A stretch of 64,000 bases of DNA from Sporosarcina ureae (GCF_029267015.1 NZ_JARIEA010000070.1:269-64268); one strand, 5' to 3'; positions 20,237 through 30,989 are shown, numbered from the stretch's first letter. Notes: generated from the letters alone by a model not told the origin. A program made the numbers and translations.

Positions 20237-21037
20237 TCAGAAAAATGTACGTTGCACTTTTTCGAAGAAGGAGTTATTTGGAAGTTTTGCGGTGCGAATC
20301 ACTTTATGACTTAGCCGCGCTTCCACTTTTTCTACTTGTTTAATACCGAGTGCTTCGTTATCCGCTGCAATGGAAGGGAATTCATTACCTTCTTGTTGGA
20401 CATTGAGTGTTAACGTTCTCTCGTTACTGAGGATGAACGAAGTGCCAAGTGTGCGATAACGATTGTTGTTGACCGACGCAAGTTCAGTCACTTGGAATGA
20501 AGGGAGTCGTGGGTCAATCACGGCACCTTTGACGGATTTGTTATAGGCAGTACTGCCGGTTGGTGTAGAGATGATCATACCGTCACCGAGGAAAGTTTCA
20601 AATAATAGATCATCAATGAAAATGTCCATGACGAATGTACGGATAATAGTAGAACGAATGCTGAATTCATTTAGACATAAAAATGGTTTATGCTGATTAA
20701 TGGTTACTTCAAGTAAAGGATAATGTCGTTCTTCAATAGTCTCTTGCCGTAAAGTTTCGACAAGTGAGCGAATATCATCATATTGATAATCACAATATAC
20801 ACCATGTGCACCTTTCACAGACGCGCCTAGATACAGACAATCTTGACGAAAGTCGGTTTTGCGGACAGCTTGAAGGAAGGTCCCGTCGCTTCCAACGCTA
20901 AGTATAACCGTTGCTTCGGTGTGGTCTTCGGTAAGTCTGAAGCCTTCACTTTTAAGTCGTTGTCCAACGAAATGTTTTTTATGGATAGTGTCTTCATCAA
21001 GACGGCTGAAAAGAAAAATTACGTGTTGGGTAGTCAT
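20237..21037 (-). CDS. nadK: NAD kinase (YtdI/PpnKB type)
   Basis: G(S)DGTFLQAVRK, LNE, GDGMIISTPTGSTAYNKS motifs. Confidence 0.93.
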   Translation of the reverse strand: MTTQHVIFLFSRLDEDTIHKKHFVGQRLKSEGFRLTEDHTEATVILSVGSDGTFLQAVRKTDFRQDCLYLGASVKGAHGVYCDYQYDDIRSLVETLRQETIEERHYPLLEVTINQHKPFLCLNEFSIRSTIIRTFVMDIFIDDLLFETFLGDGMIISTPTGSTAYNKSVKGAVIDPRLPSFQVTELASVNNNRYRTLGTSFILSNERTLTLNVQQEGNEFPSIAADNEALGIKQVEKVEARLSHKVIRTAKLPNNSFFEKVQRTFF

Positions 21038-21142
21038 TTGAATCGTCTCCTTTTTCAGTTAATAGAATAAGTGTAGCATGAATGAAACATTTGGACGATG
21101 AGGAACGTATAAGTAGATGTGGACAAAGGAGGAAATTTACTT

Positions 21143-22147
21143 ATGAATGCAAAAAGATGGATAGCCGTAGCGGTTGCTGCGATTTTGATCGTAGTATCGG
21201 TAGGTATTAATGCCATGTCATGGGTTTTCACTAGAGACTGGAATAGTTTCGTTAGTGAGATCAACTTGATGGAAACGCAAGTGCAGGAAACGGTAGTAGA
21301 AGAAGGAAGTGCTAACGAAAGAATTGCTGTGTTAACAGTGGATGGAGTCATCCAAGATACGGGTGAAGCGTCTATTTTCAGTGGGGCTGAGTACAACCAT
21401 CAACAATTTATGACGCAGTTGAATGAGTTGGCGAACGATGAAACTGTGAAAGGAATTGTCCTTTCAGTGAATTCTCCAGGTGGAGGCGTATTGGAGTCAT
21501 CCGATATTTACGACGCACTGACAGAAATTCAAACTTCGAAAAAGATTCCGATTTATGTAGCGATGGGCGGTATGGCAGCTTCAGGTGGATATTACATCTC
21601 AGCACCAGCCGATAAAATTTATGTTCACCCTGAAACGTTGACAGGATCTATCGGCGTCATCATGCAATCTGTCAATTACGGTAAATTAGCGGAAAAATAC
21701 GGTGTGGAATTCCCAACAATCAAGTCAGGTCCTTATAAAGATATGATGAGTCCGACTAGAGAAATGAAACCTGAAGAACGTGCGATGTTACAAGAAATGA
21801 TTGATGATTCGTATAAACGTTTCGTTGATATTATTGTAGATGGCCGTGGTATGTCAGAAAAGGCTGTTCGCAAAGTTGCGGATGGACGCGTAATGAATGG
21901 TCGTCAAGCAATCGAAGCGGGTCTTGCAGATGATTATGGCAAGTTGCCAATCGTTGTTTCCGCGATGAAAGAAGATTATCACTTAGAAAAAGCGGAAGTC
22001 TTCGAATATGGAATGCCGACTAATTTGAAAGCTATTCTTTCCATGAAAGCACATGATGTGTTCAATGGAGATGTTGAATCACAAATTTTGAAAAAATTAC
22101 TGACTGAAAATACAGCGCCACGCATGATGTATTTATACGGTGAATAA
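21143..22147 (+). CDS. sppA: Signal peptide peptidase SppA
   Basis: VNSPGGGV, AASGGYYIS, TGSIGV, KSGPYKD. Confidence 0.95.
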   Translation: MNAKRWIAVAVAAILIVVSVGINAMSWVFTRDWNSFVSEINLMETQVQETVVEEGSANERIAVLTVDGVIQDTGEASIFSGAEYNHQQFMTQLNELANDETVKGIVLSVNSPGGGVLESSDIYDALTEIQTSKKIPIYVAMGGMAASGGYYISAPADKIYVHPETLTGSIGVIMQSVNYGKLAEKYGVEFPTIKSGPYKDMMSPTREMKPEERAMLQEMIDDSYKRFVDIIVDGRGMSEKAVRKVADGRVMNGRQAIEAGLADDYGKLPIVVSAMKEDYHLEKAEVFEYGMPTNLKAILSMKAHDVFNGDVESQILKKLLTENTAPRMMYLYGE

Positions 22148-22164
22148 TAAGGAGGGAAATAATC

Positions 22165-22710
22165 ATGACGAATGAACTGCTGGATACGCAACCAACTATG
22201 CGACTTGAACAGATGCTCGTGCCGAAATATGCAGGATTCTGGATCAGACTGTGGGCATTTTTAATTGACATGCTGATCATTTCGGCTATTAGCGGCATCT
22301 TTGTCAAGCCAGTATTCCGCGTACTCGATATGGCGATTACTAAGCCCTCTGCCTTTTTATTTAGCCCGTATAAAGTAACGGCACTTGTCTTGTTATTGTT
22401 GTATTTTATCATCATGACGAAAATCGCGGGACAGACGGTAGGGAAAATGATCATGGGAATTCGTGTAATGAAATCAAACGGGGAAAAGGCAACGTGGAGT
22501 TCTGTTATCTTCCGGGAAGGTTTCGGTCGTTTTATTTCACAAATGTTATGGATTCCCTATTTACTCGTTCTATTTTTACCTCAAAAGAAAGCACTTCACG
22601 ACGTCTTTGCTGACACAGTTGTCGTGCATGAACGAACATTTGAGAGAAAAGAAATACAGAAAATCATTGAACCTGAACATCATCAGTTGCATGAAGACCC
22701 TACGGTTTAG
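22165..22710 (+). CDS. RDD-family membrane protein (YteJ-like)
   Basis: YAGFWIRLWAFLID, GQTVGKM, LHDVFADTVV; directly after sppA. Confidence 0.9.
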   Translation: MTNELLDTQPTMRLEQMLVPKYAGFWIRLWAFLIDMLIISAISGIFVKPVFRVLDMAITKPSAFLFSPYKVTALVLLLLYFIIMTKIAGQTVGKMIMGIRVMKSNGEKATWSSVIFREGFGRFISQMLWIPYLLVLFLPQKKALHDVFADTVVVHERTFERKEIQKIIEPEHHQLHEDPTV

Positions 22711-22738
22711 TACACTAGTTTAAAAGGAGTGGTTAGTT

Positions 22739-23242
22739 ATGGTACAAGTTACATTCAAAGATAATCCGGTTCATCTGTTAGGTTCAGAAGTGAAAGTTGG
22801 AGATCAAGCACCAAGCTTCACAGTCCTTGCGAATGATTTGAATCCTGTTACACTTGACGATTCAAAAGGTAAAGTGCGTTTGATCAGTGTAGTGCCTTCT
22901 GTTGATACAGGTGTATGTTCTATCCAGACTAAGCGTTTCAACGACGAAGCCACGTCACTTGGTGATGATGTGGAAGTCATGACGATTTCTTGCGATCTTC
23001 CGTTTGCACAAGGACGTTGGAAAGAAGATGAGAAGGTAGAAAATTTACATTTGTACTCTGATCATCGTGATCTTTCATTCGGTAAAGCCTTCGGTACGGC
23101 GATTGAGGAATTGCGTCTATTGACTCGTTCTATTTTTGTAGTCGATCGCGACGACAAAGTAGCGTACGTGGAGTATGTGAGCGAAGCAACTGACCACCCG
23201 GATTATGATGCAGCGATTAAAGCAGTTAAAGAATTGAATTAA
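22739..23242 (+). CDS. tpx: Thiol peroxidase Tpx
   Basis: VVPSVDTGVC (peroxidatic C60), DLPFAQ, SDHRD, EHP-like DHPDYD. Confidence 0.93.
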   Translation: MVQVTFKDNPVHLLGSEVKVGDQAPSFTVLANDLNPVTLDDSKGKVRLISVVPSVDTGVCSIQTKRFNDEATSLGDDVEVMTISCDLPFAQGRWKEDEKVENLHLYSDHRDLSFGKAFGTAIEELRLLTRSIFVVDRDDKVAYVEYVSEATDHPDYDAAIKAVKELN

Positions 23243-23244
23243 TT

Positions 23245-23280
23245 AAAAAACCCACCTGAACAAGAGGTGGGTTTCTTCTT
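23245..23280 (+). terminator. Terminator after tpx
   Basis: AAACCCACCT/AGGTGGGTTT stem. Confidence 0.75.
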
Positions 23281-23293
23281 GGAGGAATTTTGA

Positions 23294-24208
23294 ATGAGCA
23301 ATATGGAAAAAGTGTTTACGTATTACGACAACCATGCAGCGGCGACTGATGGGTTATATTTGGACGCTGTGTTAGAAGCTAGTGAAAAATGGTTGGATCA
23401 ACCGTCGGCAGTAGAATTGCAAGATCCTGATAAGGAAGAAATTCGTAAAGGTATCCAGCTTGCCTTATTAAAAGGATTAAAGCAGTCTACACAAGCTCAT
23501 CACCAAATGACGCCTGATACAATCGGCTTCTTGATAGGTTATCTAATCAATAAATTAATGGATACAAAGCAACCTGTAACCTTCCTGGACCCTGCTGTAG
23601 GAACGGGAAATTTGTTATTTACTGTAATGAATCAATATAAAGGTTCCGCTTCTGCCAGCGCAGTTGAAATCGATGATGTATTGATTCAAATTGCTGCTGC
23701 AACCGCGAATTTATTGGAGTTGCCAGTATCATTTTATTTACAAGATGCGCTTCGTCCATTGCCTATCGATGTAGTCGATGCAGTGGTAAGTGATATACCT
23801 GTAGGCTATTATCCAGATGATGAAGTCGCTATGGAGTATGAACTCATGGCATCTGAAGGTCATGCTTTTTCACATTATTTATATATTGAACAATCTATGC
23901 GTTATGTGAAGCCGGGTGGTTATGGATTATTCATCGTTCCTTCAAAACTATTGACGGCTGAAGGGGCAGAACCTATTTTAAATTTTGTCAAAGAGCATAA
24001 ATTATTGAGAGGTTTACTTGAATTACCGGATTCAATATTTGCGGATCAACGTTTTGCAAAAAGTATTTTATTGTTACAACAACCGCCAAATGAAAACTAT
24101 GTCTTGCCGGATGTTTTGTTAGCGAAAATACCTGAGCTGGGAAATGCAAAGGCTATGCAAAAGTTCTTTGATAAATTAAGTGTTTGGATGGAAGAGGAAG
24201 GGGAGTGA
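23294..24208 (+). CDS. ytxK: YtxK-like class I SAM-dependent (adenine-type) methyltransferase
   Basis: HHQMTPD, FLDPAVGTGNLL, SDIPVGYYP; conserved tpx-ytxK-ackA order. Confidence 0.85.
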   Translation: MSNMEKVFTYYDNHAAATDGLYLDAVLEASEKWLDQPSAVELQDPDKEEIRKGIQLALLKGLKQSTQAHHQMTPDTIGFLIGYLINKLMDTKQPVTFLDPAVGTGNLLFTVMNQYKGSASASAVEIDDVLIQIAAATANLLELPVSFYLQDALRPLPIDVVDAVVSDIPVGYYPDDEVAMEYELMASEGHAFSHYLYIEQSMRYVKPGGYGLFIVPSKLLTAEGAEPILNFVKEHKLLRGLLELPDSIFADQRFAKSILLLQQPPNENYVLPDVLLAKIPELGNAKAMQKFFDKLSVWMEEEGE

Positions 24209-24282
24209 CGCAACGTCACATTCTCTTCCTTTTTATATTTTAAGAATATTTAAACGAAAAAGGATGAATTGCTCGAATTCAA

Positions 24283-24311
24283 TTGCTTTTAAAATAGTTA
24301 GCTACTATAAT
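24283..24311 (+). promoter_or_regulatory. sigA promoter of ackA
   Basis: TTGCTT-N17-TATAAT. Confidence 0.7.
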
Positions 24312-24357
24312 AAATTTTAACGTTCTACGACGTAATTATTTTAAGGGGTGGGTATTT

Positions 24358-25584
24358 GTGCCGAAAATATTATCGATAAATGCGGGAAGTTCTTCTTTAA
24401 AGTTCCAATTGATCGAAATGACGAACGAAGAAGAAATTACTAAGGGGTTATTCGAGCGCATTGGTTTAGAGAATTCTATTTTCACAATGGCAACGGATGA
24501 AAAGAAAATCGAAAAAGTATTAGATATTACTGATCACTCTATGGCTGTTGAAATGTTATTGGAACATTTACTAAGTGAGGGAGTCGTTTCGTCTTATGAT
24601 GAAATTGACGGACTCGGTCATCGAGTAGTTCACGGGGGAGAACTATATAGTGACTCAGTATTAATTACAGACGAAGTAATAGAGAAACTTGAAGAAATTT
24701 CAAGCTTTGCACCTTTGCATAATCCAGCTAATATTGTCGGAATAAAGGCTTTTAAGAAAGCGTTACCAAATATACCAGCAGTAGCAATATTCGATACTGC
24801 ATTCCACCAGACAATGCCTGAGAAATCATTTTTGTACGCATTGCCATATGAGTACTATGAGAAATACGGAATCCGTAAATACGGCTTCCATGGTACAAGC
24901 CATAAATACGTAACGGAGCGTGCTGCAAAAATTTTAAATAGACCGCTTGAAGATACACGCCTTATTTCTTGCCACCTCGGTAACGGTGCAAGTATTGCAG
25001 CGGTTAAAGGCGGTAAGTCAGTAGATACGTCTATGGGCTTCACTCCGTTAGCAGGCGTGATCATGGGCACGCGATCAGGTAACATTGACCCTGCGCTCAT
25101 TCCATACATGATGGAATGTACGAACCAAACAGCCGAAGAAGTAGTCAATGTACTAAATAAAAAATCCGGACTACTTGGTATCTGTGGATTCTCTAGTGAC
25201 TTACGCGATATTACGGAAGCAGCAGAACAAGGCAACGAGCGTGCGCAATTGGCTCTAGACGTATTCACAGATCGTATTCACCAGCATATTGGACAATACG
25301 CTGCGGGCATGGGTGGGGTAGATGCCATTATCTTCACAGCAGGAATTGGCGAGAACAGTACGATTGTTCGTGAAAAAGTCATGCGTGGATTGGAATTCAT
25401 GGGTGTATACTTCGACCCAAGTCTAAACAACATCCGTGGTGAAGAAGCATATATCAGCTTCCCACATTCACCAGTTAAAGTACTTATCATCCCAACAAAC
25501 GAAGAAATCATGCTAGCTCGCGACACAGTGCGAATTGCTAACATCCCACTACCGGAAGAAGTATTACAAGTAGCTGCTGAATAA
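24358..25584 (+). CDS. ackA: Acetate kinase
   Basis: [47 protein letters not shown]. Confidence 0.98.
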   Translation: MPKILSINAGSSSLKFQLIEMTNEEEITKGLFERIGLENSIFTMATDEKKIEKVLDITDHSMAVEMLLEHLLSEGVVSSYDEIDGLGHRVVHGGELYSDSVLITDEVIEKLEEISSFAPLHNPANIVGIKAFKKALPNIPAVAIFDTAFHQTMPEKSFLYALPYEYYEKYGIRKYGFHGTSHKYVTERAAKILNRPLEDTRLISCHLGNGASIAAVKGGKSVDTSMGFTPLAGVIMGTRSGNIDPALIPYMMECTNQTAEEVVNVLNKKSGLLGICGFSSDLRDITEAAEQGNERAQLALDVFTDRIHQHIGQYAAGMGGVDAIIFTAGIGENSTIVREKVMRGLEFMGVYFDPSLNNIRGEEAYISFPHSPVKVLIIPTNEEIMLARDTVRIANIPLPEEVLQVAAE

Positions 25585-25589
25585 ATATA

Positions 25590-25627
25590 AAATGTCCCGC
25601 CTGTAAACCGACAGGCGGGATATTTTT
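25590..25627 (+). terminator. Terminator after ackA
   Basis: TCCCGCCTGT/ACAGGCGGGA stem plus T-rich tail. Confidence 0.8.
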
Positions 25628-25662
25628 AACGAACTTGGTATTATGGCGTCATCTAACTAAAG

Positions 25663-25712
25663 AAAAAAGACTGCCACAGGAAATCGAATGAACGACTTCC
25701 CGGACAGCCTTT
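25663..25712 (-). terminator. Long hairpin terminator of usp
   Basis: Minus strand AAGGCTGTCCGGGAAGTCG...CGATTTCCTGTGGCAGTCTT followed by TTTT. Confidence 0.65.
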
Positions 25713-25721
25713 ACATACATA

Positions 25722-26177
25722 TTAGCCTTGTAGATGTTCAGGTGTACGTACAACAAGTACATCACACTTCGCGGAACGCACGATATTCTCGGAAACACTT
25801 CCGATTAAGAAACGTTCTACACGGTTAAGTCCAGTAGCACCACAGATAATCAAATCTGCATTAAGTTTCTTCGCGATATCGCGTGGAATCAATGTTTTAG
25901 GAGAACCATACTCCACGTGAATCTCAACATTTGCAACGCCTGCTTCGACTGCTTCTTTACGGTAGTCAGTCAACAATTCTTCAGCATATTTCTGCGCACG
26001 CTCAGCAATTGAACGATCGTATGCTTCAACTGCCGCATATGAACGCGTATCAATAATATTGATCAAGTGAAGAGTTGCGTCGTTACGATCTGCAATCGCG
26101 ATCGCTTTCTTGAAAGCCCATTTAGCCTCATCTGAACCATCCACGGCTACGATGATGTCTTTGTACGTAAGTGCCAT
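25722..26177 (-). CDS. Universal stress protein
   Basis: YKDIIVAVDGS, ICGATGLNRVERFLIGSVSENIVR. Confidence 0.92.
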   Translation of the reverse strand: MALTYKDIIVAVDGSDEAKWAFKKAIAIADRNDATLHLINIIDTRSYAAVEAYDRSIAERAQKYAEELLTDYRKEAVEAGVANVEIHVEYGSPKTLIPRDIAKKLNADLIICGATGLNRVERFLIGSVSENIVRSAKCDVLVVRTPEHLQG

Positions 26178-26419
26178 AATTACCACTCCATCCTTAAAAT
26201 TAAATTCTCTCTACACTATTCTTATTCTACGTGGTTTATGATAGTCCTTCTTTTTTGTCGAAATGTTTTATAAAAATTTAGAAAATGAAGTTTGTATGGA
26301 AAAACGTTGAAAAAATGAGGTAAATCTAGCTATTTTCTGATAAGATTAAATAGTCATGAATCGACAACGAGATAATAAAAAATGAACGAAAAGAAATTAC
26401 AATTCTAGGAGGATTTTGC

Positions 26420-27541
26420 ATGCGTATTGGTGTTCCAAAAGAAATTAAAAACAATGAAAACCGAGTGGCAATAGCCCCTTCAAGTGTATTAACATTACTA
26501 ACAGCTGGTCACGAAGTAGTAATTGAAAAGGGTGCTGGAATCGGTTCAAGTTTCCAAGATGAAGAGTATAAAGAAGCAGGCGCGACAATCGTCGATACAG
26601 CGGCTGAGGCATGGGGAGCAGATATGGTACTGAAGGTAAAAGAACCTGCAGAATCAGAATATCAGTATTTCCGTGAAGGATTAATCCTATTTACATATCT
26701 TCACTTAGCACCGGAAGTAAAATTGACGAAAGCACTACTTGAAAACAAAGTAACAGCAATTGCTTATGAAACAGTACAATTGCCAGGTGGCGGATTGCCA
26801 CTATTGGCACCAATGAGTGAAGTTGCGGGTCGTATGGCGACGCAGATTGGTGCACAGTACTTAGAGAAAACTAGAGGCGGAAAAGGAATTTTGCTTGCTG
26901 GAGTACCTGGCGTATCACGCGGCAAAATAACAATCATTGGTGGAGGACAAGCAGGTACGAATGCTGCGCGTGTTGCGATCGGAATCGGTGCACACGTAAC
27001 AATCCTAGATCTATCCGTGGAGCGTGTTCGTCAGCTTGACGAGATCTTCGGCAAGAATATTCAAACGTTGGTATCCAACCCATACAATATCGCTAACGCA
27101 GTAAAAGACGCAGACTTGGTAATCGGTTGTGTTCTAATCCCTGGAGCAAAAGCGCCAACTCTTGTAACAGAAGAAATGGTTAAATCCATGAGCCCTGGCT
27201 CTGTAGTGATTGACATCGCAATTGACCAAGGCGGAATCTTCGAAACTTCTGACCGCGTCACAACTCATGACGACCCGACTTACACAAAACACGGTGTCAT
27301 TCACTATGCTGTAGCTAATATGCCAGGCGCTGTTCCACAAACGTCTACAATGGCACTAACAAACGTTACAATTCCTTACGCTCTTCAAATTGCCAATAAA
27401 GGCGTTAAAAAAGCATGTACAGACAATGAAGTCCTGCGTAAAGGAATCAACACACTAGCTGGAAACGTAACATACAAAGCAGTAGCAGAAGCACAAGGCC
27501 TTGAACACGTTTCTGTTGAAGACGTACTTGAGTCTATTTAA
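26420..27541 (+). CDS. ald: Alanine dehydrogenase
   Basis: [48 protein letters not shown]. Confidence 0.98.
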   Translation: MRIGVPKEIKNNENRVAIAPSSVLTLLTAGHEVVIEKGAGIGSSFQDEEYKEAGATIVDTAAEAWGADMVLKVKEPAESEYQYFREGLILFTYLHLAPEVKLTKALLENKVTAIAYETVQLPGGGLPLLAPMSEVAGRMATQIGAQYLEKTRGGKGILLAGVPGVSRGKITIIGGGQAGTNAARVAIGIGAHVTILDLSVERVRQLDEIFGKNIQTLVSNPYNIANAVKDADLVIGCVLIPGAKAPTLVTEEMVKSMSPGSVVIDIAIDQGGIFETSDRVTTHDDPTYTKHGVIHYAVANMPGAVPQTSTMALTNVTIPYALQIANKGVKKACTDNEVLRKGINTLAGNVTYKAVAEAQGLEHVSVEDVLESI

Positions 27542-27576
27542 TCAACAAAAAAGACCATTACTTAAAGTAACGGCCT

Positions 27577-27622
27577 AAAACTGAAGGCATTTCCCGCACT
27601 GGGGACTGCCTTCAGTTTTTTA
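27577..27622. terminator. Bidirectional terminator between ald and the peptidase
   Basis: AAAACTGAAGGCA/TGCCTTCAGTTTT 13-bp stem. Confidence 0.8.
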
Positions 27623-27666
27623 TATAAATGAGATTAACGGTTCAATTTCATTCGCCAGTCTTTAAC

Positions 27667-28764
27667 TCACTTAACTACCTTCAAATCCTTAGGGAATTTC
27701 GTCAACACCTCAACGCCATCCTTCGTCACATACAAATCATCTTCAATCCGTACACCTGTAATCGTCGGATCATAAATGCCTGGCTCAACTGTAAACACCA
27801 TGCCCTCTTGAAGCGGCATATCATTCGTAGCTGTCAAAGAAGGAAACTCATGAACAGAAATACCAAGACCATGTCCGATACGATGTGGGAATAACTCACC
27901 GTAACCAGATTCTTCGATAATAGAACGAGCCGCTAGATCAACTTCCATTGCTAACGTACCTGGACGCACGATGTCAATTGCTGCTTGTTGTGCTTTCTGA
28001 ACGGTCTCATAAATTTTGCGCTTTTCCTCTGTTGGCTCACCGAACGCTATCGTCCGTGTGATGTCTGAACAATAACCTTTATAGACCACACCAAGATCAA
28101 ATAAGATGAAATCACCTTTTTCGATTTTTTTCTCTCCTGGAATACCATGTGGTGAAGCCGTTTTTGTGCCCGATACAATAATTGTTTCAAACGACATCTT
28201 CTCGGCACCTTTTTGTTTAACAGCTTGCTCGACAGCTTGAACTATTTCCAGTTCGGTTTTCCCTTCAGCGATTTCATTGCAACCTACTTCGATCGCATAA
28301 TCCGCTAATTCTGCTGCTTTGCGCAAGTGCTGAAGTTCTTTATCATCTTTAATCAGACGATTTTTAGCTAATTCGTCATCCAACTTAGCGAATTGCAAAG
28401 CAGGGAAGCGTTCTTGAAGAATTTCAAATCGGTCCACAGTCAAATGTTCTTTTTCGATTGCGAGTAGTGACAATGTAGGAATACGTTCATTAATGGCTTG
28501 TTCTAGGAACTTAAACGCATTATCTGTGTCTTTGTAGCCTACTGCTTCGTACTGCCAACCGATTGCTTTTACATCTGGAACTTCCATCGCTGGGCAAATA
28601 ACAAAAGGATCAGCATTCTGGAAAACCACAACGCCAAGTAATCGTTCGTGTGGATCACTACGGAAGTCTGTTAAATAAAATATGTTATCTGGATTCGTTA
28701 TAAGTGCTGCATCAATATTATGTTTTTCTAAGAAATCTTGTACTTTTTGAATGTTCATCAACAT
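27667..28764 (-). CDS. Xaa-Pro dipeptidase (M24 family)
   Basis: FDLGVVYKGYCSDITRT, HRIGHGLGISVHE, TVEPGIY, GVRIEDD. Confidence 0.93.
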   Translation of the reverse strand: MLMNIQKVQDFLEKHNIDAALITNPDNIFYLTDFRSDPHERLLGVVVFQNADPFVICPAMEVPDVKAIGWQYEAVGYKDTDNAFKFLEQAINERIPTLSLLAIEKEHLTVDRFEILQERFPALQFAKLDDELAKNRLIKDDKELQHLRKAAELADYAIEVGCNEIAEGKTELEIVQAVEQAVKQKGAEKMSFETIIVSGTKTASPHGIPGEKKIEKGDFILFDLGVVYKGYCSDITRTIAFGEPTEEKRKIYETVQKAQQAAIDIVRPGTLAMEVDLAARSIIEESGYGELFPHRIGHGLGISVHEFPSLTATNDMPLQEGMVFTVEPGIYDPTITGVRIEDDLYVTKDGVEVLTKFPKDLKVVK

Positions 28765-28867
28765 GTTACCTCCTCTGTTTTGCTTAGTATAACAAAAAAG
28801 AGGGTTTTGCGCTGTGTTGTAGAAGGTATAGAGTGTATAAGTGATTAAAAATAGGAGTGTGATCGTT

Positions 28868-29545
28868 GTGAAAATCTCATATCATGGCCATTCGATCGTT
28901 AAAATCGAAACAAAAGGAAAGACTATTTTAATCGATCCTTTTATTACAGGAAATAAATTAACAGATCTAAAAGCAGAAGACGAAAAGCCAGACGTGATTT
29001 TACTGACGCACGGCCATAATGACCATGTAGGGGATACGATGGAGATCGCGAAAAGAGAAGACATCCTAGTCGTTGCTCCGAATGAATTAGCCGTATATCT
29101 TGGATTCCAAGGATTGAATACGCATGGCATGAATATCGGAGGATCAAAGGAATTTGATTTCGGTACCGTAAAATATACACAAGCTTTCCATAGTTCTTCT
29201 TATACAACAGAAGATAATGAAATTATTTACACGGGTATGCCTGCAGGTTTACTACTGACGATTGAAGATAAAATTATTTATCATGCAGGAGACACCTCCT
29301 TATTCAGCGATATGAAACTGTACGGGGAAGAGGGAATTGATGTTGCGTTCCTACCTATCGGAGATAATTTCACGATGGGCCCTAAAGATGCAGCGAAGGC
29401 CGTTGAGTTGCTGAATCCGAAGCTAACAGTTCCTGTTCATTTCAATACGTTTCCACCGATTGAATTGGAGCCTGAAGACTTCAAATCACTCGTGACGAAT
29501 CATGAAGTGAAAATAATGCAACCAGGAGATTCCATCGAGCTATAA
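28868..29545 (+). CDS. Metal-dependent hydrolase, metallo-beta-lactamase fold (YtkL/UPF0173)
   Basis: [31 protein letters not shown]. Confidence 0.9.
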   Translation: MKISYHGHSIVKIETKGKTILIDPFITGNKLTDLKAEDEKPDVILLTHGHNDHVGDTMEIAKREDILVVAPNELAVYLGFQGLNTHGMNIGGSKEFDFGTVKYTQAFHSSSYTTEDNEIIYTGMPAGLLLTIEDKIIYHAGDTSLFSDMKLYGEEGIDVAFLPIGDNFTMGPKDAAKAVELLNPKLTVPVHFNTFPPIELEPEDFKSLVTNHEVKIMQPGDSIEL

Positions 29546-29559
29546 AATAGGAAATAAAT

Positions 29560-29604
29560 AAATACGGTCTAAGACGCATTGTTAGCGTCCTAGACCGTAT
29601 TTTT
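29560..29604. terminator. Palindromic terminator
   Basis: AAATACGGTCTA/TAGACCGTATTT stem. Confidence 0.7.
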
Positions 29605-29671
29605 GATGGACTTATGGTATGATATTCTAAAAGCCGAAACCTTAAATCAGGTCGAAGAAAAAGGTGAAATC

Positions 29672-30979
29672 ATGTCAACTAAACACGAACAGATTTTGCG
29701 TTATATAGAAAGCTTGACAGTGGGCGAAAAGATCTCTGTACGACAAGTTGCGAAAGCATTGGAAGTCAGTGATGGAACCGCTTACCGGGCGATAAAAGAA
29801 GCGGAAAATCAAAAATTGGTAAACACTATTGAACGTGTAGGTACGATTCGAATCGAGAAAAAGAAAAAAGAAAATATTGAACGTCTGACATTTGCAGAAG
29901 TCATCAACATTGTAGACGGTGTGGTACTGGGTGGACGTGATGGATTACATAAAACATTAACGAAATTTGTAGTCGGAGCTATGCAACTCGAGGATATGAT
30001 TCGTTATATTGATGCAGGTAGTTTGTTGATTGTTGGAAATCGTTTGAAAGCGCATGAAATAGCGATTAAAGCAGGAGCAGCTGTTCTCGTGACAGGTGGC
30101 TTCGATGCGACTGATGAAGTAAAGCAACTAGCAGACGAAATGAATTTGCCTGTTATTTCAACAAGTTATGATACTTTCACAGTCGCCACTATGTTAAATC
30201 GTGCAATTTATGATCAGCTGATTGAAAAGGAAATTTTATTGGTGGAGGATATTTTAACACCTCTAGCCAGTACAGTCACGTTATCCCCCGAGGATTCAGT
30301 TGACCAATTCTATGAAGTAAATCATCAAACGTCACACTCCGCTTATCCTGTCGTAAAAGCCGATGGCACTTTAGTAGGGATTATTACGTCTCGTGATGTC
30401 GTCAGTAAACCGCATGTGGACACCATAGGGAAAGTCATGACGCCCGGTCCGATTACTGTAAACGGTAAAATGAGTGTCGCGTCGGCAGGGCATAGTATGA
30501 TTTGGGAAGGTATCGACTTAATGCCAGTCGTTAATGATGCCGGAGTCTTAGAGGGGATCATCAGTCGACAAGATGTCTTAAAAGCATTGCAAATGACACA
30601 ACGTCAACCGCAACAAGGCGAAACAATCGATGATATCGTCAAGAATCAAATGAAAGCCATCTCCAACTCACCTGAAAAAATAGAGTTTGCCGTTGTACCG
30701 CAGATGACCAATCAATTTGGTTCATTATCCTATGGAGCGATGTTAACGATTTTGACAGAAGCGGGTAGTCGTGCGATCAAGCTTCAAAAACGAGGCGAAA
30801 GTGTACCAGAAAACGTGACGATCTATTTCATCAAACAAGTACAACTTGGCGCGTCGGTCACAGTCGAACCGAAGATTATTCACTTAAGCCGTCGATTCAT
30901 CAAGCTAGAAATCGAACTAATATCAAATGATGGTATTGTGGCGAAAGCAATGGGGACGTTCCAGCTTTTTGAAAAATAA
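29672..30979 (+). CDS. ytoI: YtoI-like HTH-DRTGG-CBS-hotdog domain protein
   Basis: SVRQVAKALEVSDGTAYRAIKEAE, VLVTGG, CBS pair, C-terminal thioesterase-like region. Confidence 0.85.
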   Translation: MSTKHEQILRYIESLTVGEKISVRQVAKALEVSDGTAYRAIKEAENQKLVNTIERVGTIRIEKKKKENIERLTFAEVINIVDGVVLGGRDGLHKTLTKFVVGAMQLEDMIRYIDAGSLLIVGNRLKAHEIAIKAGAAVLVTGGFDATDEVKQLADEMNLPVISTSYDTFTVATMLNRAIYDQLIEKEILLVEDILTPLASTVTLSPEDSVDQFYEVNHQTSHSAYPVVKADGTLVGIITSRDVVSKPHVDTIGKVMTPGPITVNGKMSVASAGHSMIWEGIDLMPVVNDAGVLEGIISRQDVLKALQMTQRQPQQGETIDDIVKNQMKAISNSPEKIEFAVVPQMTNQFGSLSYGAMLTILTEAGSRAIKLQKRGESVPENVTIYFIKQVQLGASVTVEPKIIHLSRRFIKLEIELISNDGIVAKAMGTFQLFEK

Positions 30980-30989
30980 AAAGCTGACG

